Origin: Prorocentrum cordatum
Lineage: Eukaryota
Reading direction: 5' to 3'
Assembly: GCA_963575745.1 (NCBI GenBank)
Contig: CAUYUJ010000003.1
Location: forward strand, 372,001 to 436,000
DNA length: 64,000 nucleotides
Program-made: the position numbers and the translations under genes
Shown: one piece after another, positions 63,751 through 64,000 of the stretch
Layout of the letters: the number at the start of each line of letters is the position of its first letter
Numbering within the stretch: the stretch's first letter is position 1
The notes under the pieces: generated by a model
Told to the model about the DNA's origin: nothing
Database searches by the model: none
What the model saw: only the letters and a program-made list of their open reading frames with translations

Positions 63751-64000
63751 GCCACGCGCTTCCTCTTCGCGCAACGGGGCGTGCCGTTGGAGCGGGCCTG
63801 GCTTCTCGCTTGGAACATTGTTGTGATGCGCGATCGTAACGCGTGTCGTTTACGATACGAAACTCTCGCTTCAGCGCGGCTCGCCAGCGTCAGTCTTAAC
63901 ACATGACTGACTTCGGAATGTGTTAAACAAAATTATGTCCGTCTCTTTTTTTTATATATAAAAAAAAAAAACGCATTATTCCGCCGATCTCCCGCGAACA

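Overview
This is eukaryotic, GC-rich, repeat-dominated DNA with the hallmarks of a dinoflagellate nuclear genome: relics of the dinoflagellate spliced leader (DinoSL, DCCGTAGCCATTTTGGCTCAAG), GA/GC splice donors and all genic elements on one strand. Almost all ORFs in the supplied track are artefacts of microsatellites and GC-rich repeats. Supported content, all on the minus strand: (1) the last two exons of a CAX/Vcx1-type Ca2+/H+ exchanger (54049-54005 and 53540-53481). (2) A coiled-coil gene or pseudogene built from an alternating 114-nt plus 84-87-nt exon pair (67-aa unit), with 11 exons over 40947-1431 and mostly GA donors. (3) Two decayed non-LTR retrotransposons lying head-to-tail in one 21.6-kb intron of that gene; the better preserved one begins with a 15-nt DinoSL relic and has a heptad-repeat extension before its endonuclease. 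(4) An array at about 44.8-50.3 kb of nine ~150-bp units separated by variable (GTC)n tracts, most units carrying a DinoSL-like sequence (20/22 nt in the best copy). The rest is microsatellite, minisatellite and interspersed repeat. No CRISPR array, rRNA or convincing tRNA was found. All coordinates were read by eye; repeat boundaries are approximate.
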